DNA of 64,000 nucleotides, taken from the IMG/VR virus record IMGVR_UViG_3300045391_006216, positions 1 to 64,000 of that record; one strand, given 5' to 3'. Under the pieces are notes generated by a model. It was not told where the DNA came from, searched no databases, and saw nothing but the letters and a program-made list of their open reading frames with translations. Below, piece after piece: positions 40,298-50,131 of this stretch (its first letter is position 1; each line of letters opens with the position of its first letter). A program made the translations under genes and the position numbers. This DNA comes from a virus.

Positions 40298-41427
40298 AGT
40301 TCAAATTTTTTGCTACTGGCGCGCCTAATCCGTTCTAGTTCCGATTCTTCACTGATTTGCTGTAAAACCTGCTTGCCGCTTGTGCCATTCGATGACATCT
40401 CTGCCATGCGGACATAGTCCATAAGCTGATTGAAATCCTTGAGTGCATTGACACAGTTTGCATTTCTGATGCCCCTTTCCAAAGAATTGAGGCGATCTTT
40501 GATTTTTTTTAAATTCGTGGTTCCATCCCCAAGCGAATACCACTCAGGATTTGCCGCGAAAACGGCTTTACAGACCTCTGGACTAAATTCCGTGGCATTT
40601 ATCCTCCAAGGAGCAATTGAAGGGTTGTAAGACAATTTTTGGGCTTGTTTTAAAATTTCGTACTCTTGTTCAGAGAGCGACCAATTTACCATCGCTGTCT
40701 CGTTTTCCACAGCAACCAAATTTTTACCTTGGGAGGTAGGAGGGTCTTCTTCTTTGTTTGTATTCTTTGTATTTTCTTTGTATATGAATGTAGATGACCT
40801 TTGGGCAGTTACGTAACTGCCCAAAGGTAAGTTACAGGGTTCCCAAAGGTCATCTACTGTAGATGACCTTTGGGCAGTTACGGTAGATGACCTTTGGGCA
40901 GTTACAGTAGATTCCCTTTGGGCAGTTACGGTAGATTCCTTGCTAGTTGGACGTTTACTAGCTTTTGGCTCGTCTATTTTGATTAACTGCTCAATCAAAT
41001 CATCGACTTTATCATGGTTGCGGAAGTACCAAGTCAGCCCTTTTTGTTTGTCATGATAGCTACAGTAATATTTCTCTTCCCCTTGCTCGTTGATGAAAGG
41101 GTTATCAGCTTGAAGGTAAGCAGTTTTGGAGCTATGCCTAACTCCCAATTGATCGAAGGCTGCTCTGAATTCCTTTTCACTAAAAGCTAATTCTTCAACC
41201 CAGCTATCACCTTCTCGATAATCTGGATGCCCTGGCGTAGGCGCGAGGAATTTATATATTCCATCAGGATAATCGGCAAAATGAAAATCCAATTGCTGAA
41301 TTAAAATAGTTGCGGCAATGCTGCCGACGTGTTTTCGCAGAGATTTTCTATAAGGAATACCCTCCCTTATATCTGCTAAATATTTGTATTTCATGCCCAT
41401 GACTTTGCCTCTTGTAAATTTGAGCAA
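40294..41427 (-). CDS. Phage replication initiator (lambda O-like position) with internal iterons
   Basis: N-terminal wHTH-like region (A.ILIQQL, SW.EEL.FS..E); TAQR[ES]STV repeats; ENT.NT linker. Confidence 0.75.
   Translation of the reverse strand: MLKFTRGKVMGMKYKYLADIREGIPYRKSLRKHVGSIAATILIQQLDFHFADYPDGIYKFLAPTPGHPDYREGDSWVEELAFSEKEFRAAFDQLGVRHSSKTAYLQADNPFINEQGEEKYYCSYHDKQKGLTWYFRNHDKVDDLIEQLIKIDEPKASKRPTSKESTVTAQRESTVTAQRSSTVTAQRSSTVDDLWEPCNLPLGSYVTAQRSSTFIYKENTKNTNKEEDPPTSQGKNLVAVENETAMVNWSLSEQEYEILKQAQKLSYNPSIAPWRINATEFSPEVCKAVFAANPEWYSLGDGTTNLKKIKDRLNSLERGIRNANCVNALKDFNQLMDYVRMAEMSSNGTSGKQVLQQISEESELERIRRASSKKFEL
40790..40941. repeat. Iteron array / candidate replication origin
   Basis: GTAGAT[GA/TC]CCTTTGGGCAGTTAC at 40790, 40859, 40883 and 40907 (24-bp period), partial copy at 40931, inverted partial copies at 40813 and 40842; T-rich tract adjacent. 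Confidence 0.85.
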
Positions 41428-41510
41428 AAGCCATAAACATTAGTCGATTGATTGATGCTATAATAAATCATACAAAGCTTATTTCCATGTCGATAAATTA
41501 TGGTTGCCAG

Positions 41511-41543
41511 TACCGCATTTGTTGGTTCAAATGCGGTATTTTT
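41511..41543 (+). terminator. Intrinsic terminator-like hairpin
   Basis: TACCGCATTTG-ttggtt-CAAATGCGGTA-TTTTT. Confidence 0.6.
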
Positions 41544-41546
41544 ATG

Positions 41547-41747
41547 TCAAATGTGGTTCGTCCAGTAAGAGCGATCGCCAATATTCGCATATAAATAACG
41601 GGATATGCGAATATTGCTAGTTCTTTCATAAAAAGTACATCGTGTTCCAATCTGAATTTGGTTGTCTGGAAGTGAAATCATTCCGCCCCTCAACACACGG
41701 ACAAAGTCTTGAGAAGATAACCAAAAACAAAACAAGGAAGGTTCCAT
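41547..41747 (-). CDS. Small hypothetical protein
   Basis: 1-bp overlap with the upstream stop codon. Confidence 0.5.
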   Translation of the reverse strand: MEPSLFCFWLSSQDFVRVLRGGMISLPDNQIQIGTRCTFYERTSNIRISRYLYANIGDRSYWTNHI

Positions 41748-42256
41748 TAGTTATCCTTTTGATCTCCTAAATAACTATCTAACGTCATTTGTTGGGCTTC
41801 TCGTACACCATTGATATAGTCTTCAAGTTCAGCAATTAAGTTGTTAACTTTATCTAAGAATTCACCCTTAGGGTACATTTCTTCAACACCAGAAATTGCT
41901 ACTGCTTCATCTGACACAACTCTAAGCGTAATCGACAACATTGTGCCCTGCTCTTGTTCTTTGAAGCGAATAGAAGTAATTCGCCCTGCTTGCCATATCT
42001 TCTTATCTAATCCGCAAGCAGTATAAAGGTTGGGCTTTAACTTTTCAAAAGCCTCTATAAACTGTTTTGTGGGACGTTCCTTGCAAAAAAGCTTGACGTT
42101 TTTTCGTTCCGTGTCTTGGGATGGTAGTTCGTAATCAATTTGAATTTCCCAATCGCCCTTGATAACAATTTTGTTGATTGATACTTGGTATTTAGGTTTT
42201 CTTAGAGCATTGATTTGAAGTAGTTCCATGTCTTGATTTCCAGTTAATAAACTCAA
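41747..42256 (-). CDS. Hypothetical protein
   Basis: Operon context; ends EDYING.R..QMTL. Confidence 0.7.
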   Translation of the reverse strand: MSLLTGNQDMELLQINALRKPKYQVSINKIVIKGDWEIQIDYELPSQDTERKNVKLFCKERPTKQFIEAFEKLKPNLYTACGLDKKIWQAGRITSIRFKEQEQGTMLSITLRVVSDEAVAISGVEEMYPKGEFLDKVNNLIAELEDYINGVREAQQMTLDSYLGDQKDN

Positions 42257-42262
42257 ACAGTG

Positions 42263-43963
42263 TTAAATTAAGCGCAACTCGTTTTTAAAATACCTCCTGG
42301 GGCGCTTTTCTTCATCGTGGTTCCAAATCACCATAACTTCATCAGATGAAATCTCCTCTACCACTAGCCCTTCTCTAAGGTAGAGTTCGCTGTAGATATC
42401 GCTGGAGGCGACTGTTTTATCTAATTTGATGGGAGATGAAAGTTGGGTTTCGTGGTTGTGTTTGATTGTCCTGATGAAGTCTTTTTCAGAACTGTCCAAT
42501 TTTGTCCAATACAGTTCTTTTACTTCTTGGTACTTCTCGGCTACTGACCAAAACTGTTCCCAAGTGCATTTTGTTGATATGATTGCGCGGATATCTTCAA
42601 TCGCTTTTTCAATCATTATCCTTTGAGCGATCGCACTTTTGGTAGCCTCACATCCCAAGAGAATTGCCGCTGCTTCCAATGCCTGGGTATTATTGATGGC
42701 TTGGGCTAAGTTCCCCAAAGCCAATCCCATCAATTGCAGGCACAGTACGGCATCTTTGGGAGGTTCAACGGCCAACTGTCTTAAATCAATGGTGTTTGTC
42801 AACGCTTCCTTCACCTCTTGATTCAAGACTTTAGCTGCTGCTTTCGGAATTGGGTTTGCCCATTCCATAGGTTTTTGGGCAACAAGCTTTTCTAGCTCTG
42901 CGTTCCGAGCCTGGAGACGCTGATTTTCTTCCTCCAAAAGCCTCAGTGCCTCTAATTGTTGTATTTTTTGTTGGAGTTTGCTGTTCTCCGTTTTCATCTG
43001 CTGCACAAGGTTCCTGGAGGCTTGCAGCTGTTCTTGTAGTTGACGGGCGGCCAACTCCTCAATTTCTACTTTCCGCCCAATCAAGGCCTCTTCTATGCAT
43101 TTGGTGAGTTCTTCTTCTGTGTAGGTTTTGGCAGTAACAGGTTGTGGATACGGGACGCTACCACTATCTAAGTCTAAGTCCGCGATCGCAACCAATTCAC
43201 TCGGACAATCTGCAAAAGCAACGAACACATGCGTCATGTTTGCTTGACCAGTGATTGTGCCTTCTTGCCCATGCCGAATATGTAATTGTGATGAAACCTT
43301 GACTTTTGCTACATAAGAATCAGGGTTTGATGGTTGTTCATGTCCAGTGGTGGACATGAAGGAGCTAGAATCCTGATTATTAGGTTCTACAAAGGAATCA
43401 GGGTTTGATGGTTGTTCATGTCCACTACTGGACATGAAGGAGCTAGAATCCTGATTCTTCCGTTCAAGAATCTTTCCTTTGCGGGTATGCTTTCTCCTTT
43501 GAAAAAGAAGTATTTTTCCCTCCTTCTCTAATTCCTTCCTGGCTTCCCCAACAGTCGTTGGGCTACATTCGAGAATTCGGCTAATTTCCCTATCGCTCCA
43601 CTCCACAAAAGAAGCATTTTGCAGTAAAAATTGCACAGATTCGCGCTTGTTGGGTATTTTGTGTGCTTCGATTACCTCTAGTGCAAGCGATCGCACATTA
43701 GTAGCCGTGACGGAGGAAAGCAGCATACCTAACCTGATGGAAGCCCTTGGCGTCCATCCGTTCGCTACTTCTTGTTGAAACTCTTGCCAATGGGCTTGCA
43801 GGAGTTCTGAAATTATGTCTGTGCTTACGCCGTAATATTCGGCGACTTTTTCAGTGGATACTGCACCTTTGGGATTATGCCAGATTGCGGAAAATAAGCA
43901 TTCTGCCTTGGTGAGGATTGAATAAGATGCGGTTTCGTTGAAACTATCTGGTAATGTATTCAT
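42263..43963 (-). CDS. HTH- and coiled-coil-containing protein with in-frame repeat insertions
   Basis: STEKVAEYYGVS and WSDREISRILECSPTTV..AR HTH-like motifs. Confidence 0.75.
   Translation of the reverse strand: MNTLPDSFNETASYSILTKAECLFSAIWHNPKGAVSTEKVAEYYGVSTDIISELLQAHWQEFQQEVANGWTPRASIRLGMLLSSVTATNVRSLALEVIEAHKIPNKRESVQFLLQNASFVEWSDREISRILECSPTTVGEARKELEKEGKILLFQRRKHTRKGKILERKNQDSSSFMSSSGHEQPSNPDSFVEPNNQDSSSFMSTTGHEQPSNPDSYVAKVKVSSQLHIRHGQEGTITGQANMTHVFVAFADCPSELVAIADLDLDSGSVPYPQPVTAKTYTEEELTKCIEEALIGRKVEIEELAARQLQEQLQASRNLVQQMKTENSKLQQKIQQLEALRLLEEENQRLQARNAELEKLVAQKPMEWANPIPKAAAKVLNQEVKEALTNTIDLRQLAVEPPKDAVLCLQLMGLALGNLAQAINNTQALEAAAILLGCEATKSAIAQRIMIEKAIEDIRAIISTKCTWEQFWSVAEKYQEVKELYWTKLDSSEKDFIRTIKHNHETQLSSPIKLDKTVASSDIYSELYLREGLVVEEISSDEVMVIWNHDEEKRPRRYFKNELRLI
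43317..43457. repeat. Two 63-bp palindromic elements (78-bp period) inside a CDS
   Basis: GAATCAGGGTTTGATGGTTG-TTCATGTCCA-N4-TGGACATGAA-GGAGCTAGAATCCTGATT, two copies. Confidence 0.9.
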
Positions 43964-44793
43964 ATGTGATTAAGGTAGGCAAGTAAAGGAAGATTATTTG
44001 CGCTGCAACTTGGCGAAATCCATAGCGACTCAACAGCACTAACTTTCTTGCCGTTGACTTGGCTTATCCATTGGATTAGTTGCCAATCTTTATAAAGTTC
44101 TCGGTACAATTCGCAGTTGTATCCGGAGAGGACTACCATCGCTTTGGTCGAATGTAGAGATTCGGCCAATTTTTTATGATCGTCATCCGACATTTCGTAA
44201 AGATAATTGCTTGACTCAGTTCTCGTTGAATGGACGTATGGGGGGTCGCAGTAAATCAGACAATTTGGATTACGCCCATAACGCTCTATAACTGTTATTG
44301 CTGGGTCATTTTCAATTTGCACCTGCTTGAAACGGTTTGCCAAACCCCATAAATGCTCCACTCTATTGAAGTTGGCAACTACATTATTGAAGCCTTCGTG
44401 CTTACGATATTGGAAGCGCCAACCAGATTTCTTGTAAGCGATCGCATCTGCGGAGTAAGATTGCCACGACCTCACATACAATCGCCTGGCTGCCTCTACT
44501 GGGTCATCTGCAATTTCAAAAGACTTCTTCCATTCGCCCCTACTGTAGGGAGTAAGTTCAATTGCGCGAATCAACTCATCTTGGCGATCGCGTAGAACCT
44601 GAAAAAAGTTTGTTACATCGCTGCTGAGGTCGTTGTAAATTTCAAACTCCGCAGGAGTTTTTTGCAGCAAAACAGAAGCTCCTCCGCCAAACACCTCACA
44701 ATATATTTCGTGCGGAGGAAAGTTGCTGATGATTTTAGCGGCGTCCCGATGCTTGCCGCCAAAGTAGCGCAATACGGGCACATTAGCACTCAT
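43960..44793 (-). CDS. DNA adenine methyltransferase (Dam/D12 class)
   Basis: LRYFGGK, Y.EVFGGGASVL, YND, YCDPPY. Confidence 0.95.
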   Translation of the reverse strand: MSANVPVLRYFGGKHRDAAKIISNFPPHEIYCEVFGGGASVLLQKTPAEFEIYNDLSSDVTNFFQVLRDRQDELIRAIELTPYSRGEWKKSFEIADDPVEAARRLYVRSWQSYSADAIAYKKSGWRFQYRKHEGFNNVVANFNRVEHLWGLANRFKQVQIENDPAITVIERYGRNPNCLIYCDPPYVHSTRTESSNYLYEMSDDDHKKLAESLHSTKAMVVLSGYNCELYRELYKDWQLIQWISQVNGKKVSAVESLWISPSCSANNLPLLAYLNHI

Positions 44794-44928
44794 GACTTTT
44801 CCCCAGTTGCAATTTTGGGGCGCAGCCGGCTATATTCATAATTAATGCTCCTAGTAGGTTTTGATTTGATAGGAGTAGCCTTTCCCCAAACTGCTTGCGA
44901 CAGTGTTGGGGATTTTAATTTTAGGGCG

Positions 44929-45093
44929 TCATTGCGATTCTTGCTGATATTGCTCATCAAGCTGACGAGCAAAAGCCAATACCTGTTCTTTAAGCTTTTT
45001 GGGGATTCTAATTGATGTCGTTTCCCCAGATTTCCAAGTCGGTGTTCTGGGTAAAAGCCCCCTATATTGGGGATTATTGCATTTAGTTGGCAT
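44929..45093 (-). CDS. 54-aa ribbon-helix-helix-like protein (not in the ORF track)
   Basis: MPTKCNNPQYRGLLPRTPTWKSGETTSIRIPKKLKEQVLAFARQLDEQYQQESQ; same motif as the helicase N-terminus. Confidence 0.65.
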   Translation of the reverse strand: MPTKCNNPQYRGLLPRTPTWKSGETTSIRIPKKLKEQVLAFARQLDEQYQQESQ

Positions 45094-45473
45094 AAATAAT
45101 TAACAGATCCACTACCAAAATAGTATACACTTATGTTTCGTGAGTGTACAGCTATTTTTAAAAGAAAAAAAAATAAAGAATGTCTGAACATCTTTTTATA
45201 GCAATTAACCAGATAGTGGCGGGATGAAACAGGTGTGCGACTTGTAATCTGTAAGCAATTGTGTAAATGCACAATTTAAATACCCTTGCCAAATGTCCGT
45301 TTATTTTGGTACATATAAATTCCCAATAAAAGTCAGGGCTAGCCCAGCCCTAAAGTTGTTAGGGCCATGCTGCCTTTTTATCATCAGTACATACATGATG
45401 ATACATCAGCATGTTGCTAATAACACGGTTTATTTTTTATATGCAATATTTGTACAAAATCGGGTGTTAGGAC

Positions 45474-45809
45474 GTGGAGAAACAAAAATTAGCCGATATA
45501 GTCAAAGAAATTCGCAGCGAAAGGGGAGACTCGCAAGAGGATCTTGGTATGCGTTTAGGCGTATCACAGACTACAATACGCAATTGGGAGCAAGCTAGAA
45601 CTTGGCCTACTATAGATAATTTGATTGCGATCGCTGAGGTTTGGGGGCAAGGCGATATATTGCAACTTTTAGCAGTGGTCAAAGGCGAACAACAACAACA
45701 GCATCCAAAACCAAAAGTTGCTGAAGACATGCTTAGCAATATCAGATCTCTCGATAAGACAGAGCAGGTAAGGCTACTACATTTGATTGTTGATATTGTT
45801 GCTGGATAG
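45474..45809 (+). CDS. XRE-family repressor-like protein
   Basis: SQEDLG.RLGVSQTTIRNWE....P...NL..IA; divergent from the replication operon. Confidence 0.9.
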   Translation: MEKQKLADIVKEIRSERGDSQEDLGMRLGVSQTTIRNWEQARTWPTIDNLIAIAEVWGQGDILQLLAVVKGEQQQQHPKPKVAEDMLSNIRSLDKTEQVRLLHLIVDIVAG

Positions 45810-46221
45810 CGGTGGCTGCATCTTCAAGCAGCTTAACTGCTGCAATCAAATCTCTTTCTTTGGCATACTTCGTCAGCACGATGACAACTTCGTCGATCGT
45901 GTAGCCATTAGCCTCTACGATGCAAAGAACGTCAACAAACACTGGCGTTAAGGCTTCAATTCGGTTTTCTTGCAGTTGCTCTTGAATTTCGGCCAATTGC
46001 ACTAAATTATGTTTTTGCTGTTGAATTTGCACGACATTAACTGCTTCTTCAAGCAGCTTAACTGCTGCACTTAATTTGCGCTCCTTAGCATACTTGCTTA
46101 ATACAATTAAAACTTCATCTATTCTGTATCCATTAGACTCAACGATACACAGGACATCTGCAATAACTGGCGTCAGCGCTTTGATTCTGCTTTCTTGGAG
46201 TCTTTCGTGTAGCTCGTTCAT
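45742..46221 (-). CDS. Hypothetical protein with a tandem duplication of about 75 aa
   Basis: LQE.RI.ALTPV..DVLCIVE.NGY.IDEV.IVL.KYAKER.L.AAVKLLE occurs twice. Confidence 0.75.
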   Translation of the reverse strand: MNELHERLQESRIKALTPVIADVLCIVESNGYRIDEVLIVLSKYAKERKLSAAVKLLEEAVNVVQIQQQKHNLVQLAEIQEQLQENRIEALTPVFVDVLCIVEANGYTIDEVVIVLTKYAKERDLIAAVKLLEDAATAIQQQYQQSNVVALPALSYREI

Positions 46222-46277
46222 GTTTGTTGCTGCTGATGTTGGATTTGGCTAAATAAAATATTACGGCGGTAAAAAAA

Positions 46278-46538
46278 TTAACTTTTTGATAATTTATCAA
46301 ATTCTTGCTGGAATCCTAAATTAACTTGGAGGGCTTCTTGTACCCTTAATAAAGTTTCTTCCGGTATCACGCCTTGTTCCTTTTCAATGACGTGCCAGTG
46401 ACCCTCTGATATTCCAGCTTCTTTGGCTATTTCTTTGAGTGTTCTTCTATCAAGCTTTCTTGCTGTTCTTATTCTGTTCCCCAATCCTTTAATCTCAATG
46501 TAAGTTGTCCGAGCAATCCGCATAGAATCTCCTATCAA
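46278..46538 (-). CDS. XRE-family HTH regulator
   Basis: LG.RIR.ARK....L.EIA..AGIS...W..IE. Confidence 0.85.
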   Translation of the reverse strand: MIGDSMRIARTTYIEIKGLGNRIRTARKLDRRTLKEIAKEAGISEGHWHVIEKEQGVIPEETLLRVQEALQVNLGFQQEFDKLSKS

Positions 46539-46662
46539 GCTGAATGCTGCATATATTCCAGACTTTCAGCAAATAATATCATATATGAAATGATGAATAT
46601 CACCTACAATATGATATTCTAATTAGTAGAGTTCTAATAAGTCATTCACACATAACTAATAT

Positions 46663-47799
46663 ATGCCTATTTCTGGTCTGACAAACCGTTACGATGCAAA
46701 TTTCAATCCTCTAGGCAGGATAGAGGTATCTGCATTTAAAGGCAGTCGCAAGGTAAAAAATAGGACTGACGGAGGGAAAGAATACGAGGGTTATGGCAAA
46801 GATCTGGGACGTAATATCCGCTTGGTTACTACTAATAGAGAAGCCTCTATCATTTTCTCCAAAAGTTATGGGAATCCCGATGGCAATGGAGATTTTCTGA
46901 TTCAAGCTCTGGATATATATCTGCCTTTTGATGAGGTGGATAGAACTTTCGCGACTTCAATGTCTAGCTATAAAGGGTCAGGGTTGCAATTGGTGTGCGA
47001 TCGCACAAATATCCTTAAAAAATCTGTGACGTTCCAGGACAAAAAAGGGCAGTATCCCAAACTTGTGGATTGTCACGATACGCCTTGTCCCATGCAAGGG
47101 CAATCGTTATCTATGCAGTGTCAGCATGGGTGTAAAGCTGAAGGAAAGTTATATTTCTACGTCAAGGAGTTGCTAGATAACGACTTGATGATTCCTGGGC
47201 AAATGACTCTTCATTCTCTGGAAGACATTAGTTATCTGGATATCAAATTACGAGAATTCAAGGAGATGCTAGGAAGTATTACCAACGCTCCTTTTCCTTG
47301 TTCCCAGTACAAACATAAAGTCCCATTTATTTTGACTAGAACTGAGATTAAAACTAAAGTCCCGATTTTTGAAAATGGTCTGCGTACTGGGAAAAGAGGG
47401 GATAAGACAATTTATGCAATGTCAATTCAGATTGACCCCAACTATATGGCACTGCGTAGGGCTTGGATTGAATTCAACGAGTATCAAGCCCGACAGATTC
47501 CAGTATCTCAGTCTGTGGTGAAGGGTCTGCTTCGGGGAGATGCAAGGGCTATTGATTATATAGATGTCGATGTTCAGGTGGTTGAGCCAGTCAAGATGCT
47601 TGAACCAGCTTCAGAGTGGCATAAGTGGAAAAGTCCCCAAGATGCGATCGCCTGGGCCAAGAAGAAGCTACCACACGCAACAGACGATCAACTGTGGCAA
47701 GAGTTTAATAAGTTGACCCCGATCAACGGTAAAAAAGCTCCTGCTTGGTATGCCTTAATCCAGTCAGTCCGTGATGATAAGAAAAATTATGCAGACTAA
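46663..47799 (+). CDS. Phage recombination-associated protein (Gp3/RDF-like)
   Basis: MPI.GLT start, G.I...KG, CD, CP, CKAEGKL.F; first gene of the early operon. Confidence 0.55.
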   Translation: MPISGLTNRYDANFNPLGRIEVSAFKGSRKVKNRTDGGKEYEGYGKDLGRNIRLVTTNREASIIFSKSYGNPDGNGDFLIQALDIYLPFDEVDRTFATSMSSYKGSGLQLVCDRTNILKKSVTFQDKKGQYPKLVDCHDTPCPMQGQSLSMQCQHGCKAEGKLYFYVKELLDNDLMIPGQMTLHSLEDISYLDIKLREFKEMLGSITNAPFPCSQYKHKVPFILTRTEIKTKVPIFENGLRTGKRGDKTIYAMSIQIDPNYMALRRAWIEFNEYQARQIPVSQSVVKGLLRGDARAIDYIDVDVQVVEPVKMLEPASEWHKWKSPQDAIAWAKKKLPHATDDQLWQEFNKLTPINGKKAPAWYALIQSVRDDKKNYAD

Positions 47800-48205
47800 T
47801 CAAATTTCTCTCGAAACCGAAATGGCTTTAATAGCGATCGCCAAGCAACACTATCCCTACGCCCATTTCAAATTAAATTCAAACGTAGAAGAAAATTGGG
47901 CAAATATTGACTTCGTGGCGTATTTCACCGAGTCTGCGCTGTGTGAAAGACCGTACGCTGACCCATGCCACGAATGGTATTCGATGGATGATTCTAGTTT
48001 TGGAGTTAGTTTTAATCCTCAAAGCACCTTTTTGTTTCTGTTTGGAGATTGGAGGGGCGCTAGTTTAACCCTCCATTACGACGGATGTGAATATCTCTGG
48101 AGCGATGAAGGCAAAGATATTCCACGTCCTTATCCCGATGGGGATAAGTTTGAAGCAATTGCTCAACAGATATATCCAATTTTGATAAAGGCTAGTGAGC
48201 AATGA
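47789..48205 (+). CDS. Hypothetical protein
   Basis: Operon context. Confidence 0.6.
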   Translation: MQTNQISLETEMALIAIAKQHYPYAHFKLNSNVEENWANIDFVAYFTESALCERPYADPCHEWYSMDDSSFGVSFNPQSTFLFLFGDWRGASLTLHYDGCEYLWSDEGKDIPRPYPDGDKFEAIAQQIYPILIKASEQ

Positions 48206-48492
48206 AAAGAAGGTTTTATGGGTTTGGGTCAAACGAAATTGTTTTGCAGCATATCGCCCAGGTCAAAACATTACGGGATTTGTACCAGTTGTCTGACGAT
48301 ATTTATTTGTCTGGAACAAATTTAGTTAAATTTTACCAATCTTCAACTGTAGATGGTATTTGGGAAATCCAAGATTTAACTGAATTAAGTAATACAAAAA
48401 GGCATTTATTTTTTACCAAGGAATCCTGGGAAGAAATAGGGGGATTAAGTGATGAGGAAAAAGCTTTAGCCGCAACCATTACTATTTTATGA
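48202..48492 (+). CDS. Hypothetical protein
   Basis: ATGA overlap with the upstream gene. Confidence 0.6.
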   Translation: MKRRFYGFGSNEIVLQHIAQVKTLRDLYQLSDDIYLSGTNLVKFYQSSTVDGIWEIQDLTELSNTKRHLFFTKESWEEIGGLSDEEKALAATITIL

Positions 48493-48963
48493 AAGAGCGT
48501 CCTTTGTTATTTGCTTTGGGTGCGCGAAACTTGGAGACAGGCGTCATTTGATGATGCTGTATGTTTTGCTTATAAGGCGGATATGTCTTATAAATGCTTC
48601 CCCTCTGTCCCAAAGCTTGAGAAACTTGTAGCAGTAAATAGTGCGTGGAAACCTTCTATCCATATGCCAAAACAAGCCGCTTGTATTTGGCTTAAAATAG
48701 TCAATATCCGAGTAGAAAAGTTGCAGAATATTACTCAAAAAGGTGCGATCGCAGAAGGGGTGAAAAAAGTTTTTAGGGATGCAAGTTATAACCAACCAGC
48801 AAGAGAATTATATAAAGACTATCATTCAGGTGCTTTTGTTTACACACGCGCAAGAACGTCTTTTAAGAGTCTTTGGGAATCGATTAATGGGGCAAATAGC
48901 TGGGTTATAGACCCTTGGATTTGGGTTGTGGAGTTCAAAAAATATGACGACGCAGGGACGTAA
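48489..48963 (+). pseudogene. ASCH/PUA-like phage protein with an apparent internal deletion and frameshift
   Basis: ATG 48489 gives MKERPLLF, out of frame with LWVRETW...WKPSIHMP...RVEKLQ.I...A.AEG...PWIWVVEF. Confidence 0.65.
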
Positions 48964-49492
48964 TGAAAATGGGAAATTTGCGCCTAAATCAAATGAATTA
49001 CGCATAGTCAGAAGTATTCGTACAACAGATTTCACCTGGGAACTATTAGGTGAATTAGCACAAAATGAGGGATTAACTAGAGCAGATTTATTGGAAGAAT
49101 TAGGTACAATTATGATAGCTTCAGAGAAACTTTTTTTGTCAGGACGCGTGCCTCAAGAACTTTGGGAAGCAGTTGATAATAATGCTAAGTTGACTAGTCG
49201 GACGCGTACTCAGGTAATGATTGCCGCAATTACTCAATATCTGAATCTACCAAATTCTGCTGATGATTGTCACTCAAAAGTTGCGGAAATAGAGCAATTA
49301 GAAAACAAGCTTCAACAAGTAGAAGAAAGTTTGGGGCGTCTGACAGAACAAAATGCCCAACTACTTCAAAAATATGAAGATTTAGAAAGCCGCTTATCAA
49401 TAATTGAATCTGTTAAATCTGATAACTCAAAAAAATCTATGTTCCCAGTTGATGATATTTGGAACAAGCATTACGGAAATGGCAAAAAATGA
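48944..49492 (+). CDS. RHH-like / coiled-coil protein
   Basis: RNENGKFAPK; RSIR.T...W..L..LA...G.TRADLLE. Confidence 0.65.
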   Translation: MTTQGRNENGKFAPKSNELRIVRSIRTTDFTWELLGELAQNEGLTRADLLEELGTIMIASEKLFLSGRVPQELWEAVDNNAKLTSRTRTQVMIAAITQYLNLPNSADDCHSKVAEIEQLENKLQQVEESLGRLTEQNAQLLQKYEDLESRLSIIESVKSDNSKKSMFPVDDIWNKHYGNGKK

Positions 49493-49564
49493 GCGGCGCA
49501 AAACAGTATAGAGAAAGGTGCGATCGCTGTAAGAAGTTCGTGAATATTGGGATAAAAGCGTCCA

Positions 49565-50131
49565 ATGACAAAAATGACAATCAATCAGGCTATTAAAATT
49601 TTAGGATTAAAGTCTCCTTTTTCTATGGCAGAGTTAAAAACTGCTTATCGAAAATTATGTTTGCTTACACATCCAGATTGTGGAGGTAAATCTGAAAATT
49701 TTATAGCAGTTGACTCAGCCTATGATTTGCTAAAAACTTATACTAATGATTTTAAAGATATCAATGACGAATACTGGGAGAAATATTGGAATAAGCGAAT
49801 CAAAAACCTTGAAAAAGAATTCGCTAAGTCCTGGAAGCAGACTTTTGAAATTGCTAAATCAGAAAAAAATGGAATGTGGTTTTCTACATGTATAGAGCGT
49901 TTTGCCCGTGCCTACATGCGTCCTAGAGTTGAATGGTTTCAAGGCGTATTGTTTCAAGATGCAACAACCGAAGCCAAGAATTTATATCGAGAACTACTGC
50001 TAGAAATTGCTCCCAATCAACGTTTACGGGAGCAATGGGCAATTAAATATTATCGTTTGGAGTTTGGTTATGAAACTCCATACACGTTCTATTTACCACC
50101 AGCTAAGGAATTATTAAATGCAAGTACTTGA
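49565..50131 (+). CDS. DnaJ (J)-domain protein
   Basis: ILGL...ELK.AYRKL...HPD.GG..E.F..V..AY. Confidence 0.85.
   Translation: MTKMTINQAIKILGLKSPFSMAELKTAYRKLCLLTHPDCGGKSENFIAVDSAYDLLKTYTNDFKDINDEYWEKYWNKRIKNLEKEFAKSWKQTFEIAKSEKNGMWFSTCIERFARAYMRPRVEWFQGVLFQDATTEAKNLYRELLLEIAPNQRLREQWAIKYYRLEFGYETPYTFYLPPAKELLNAST

Noticed and set aside
44790-45272. 160-aa ORF upstream of the Dam-like gene
   Set aside because: Implausible composition; a 54-aa ORF in another frame has a recognisable motif
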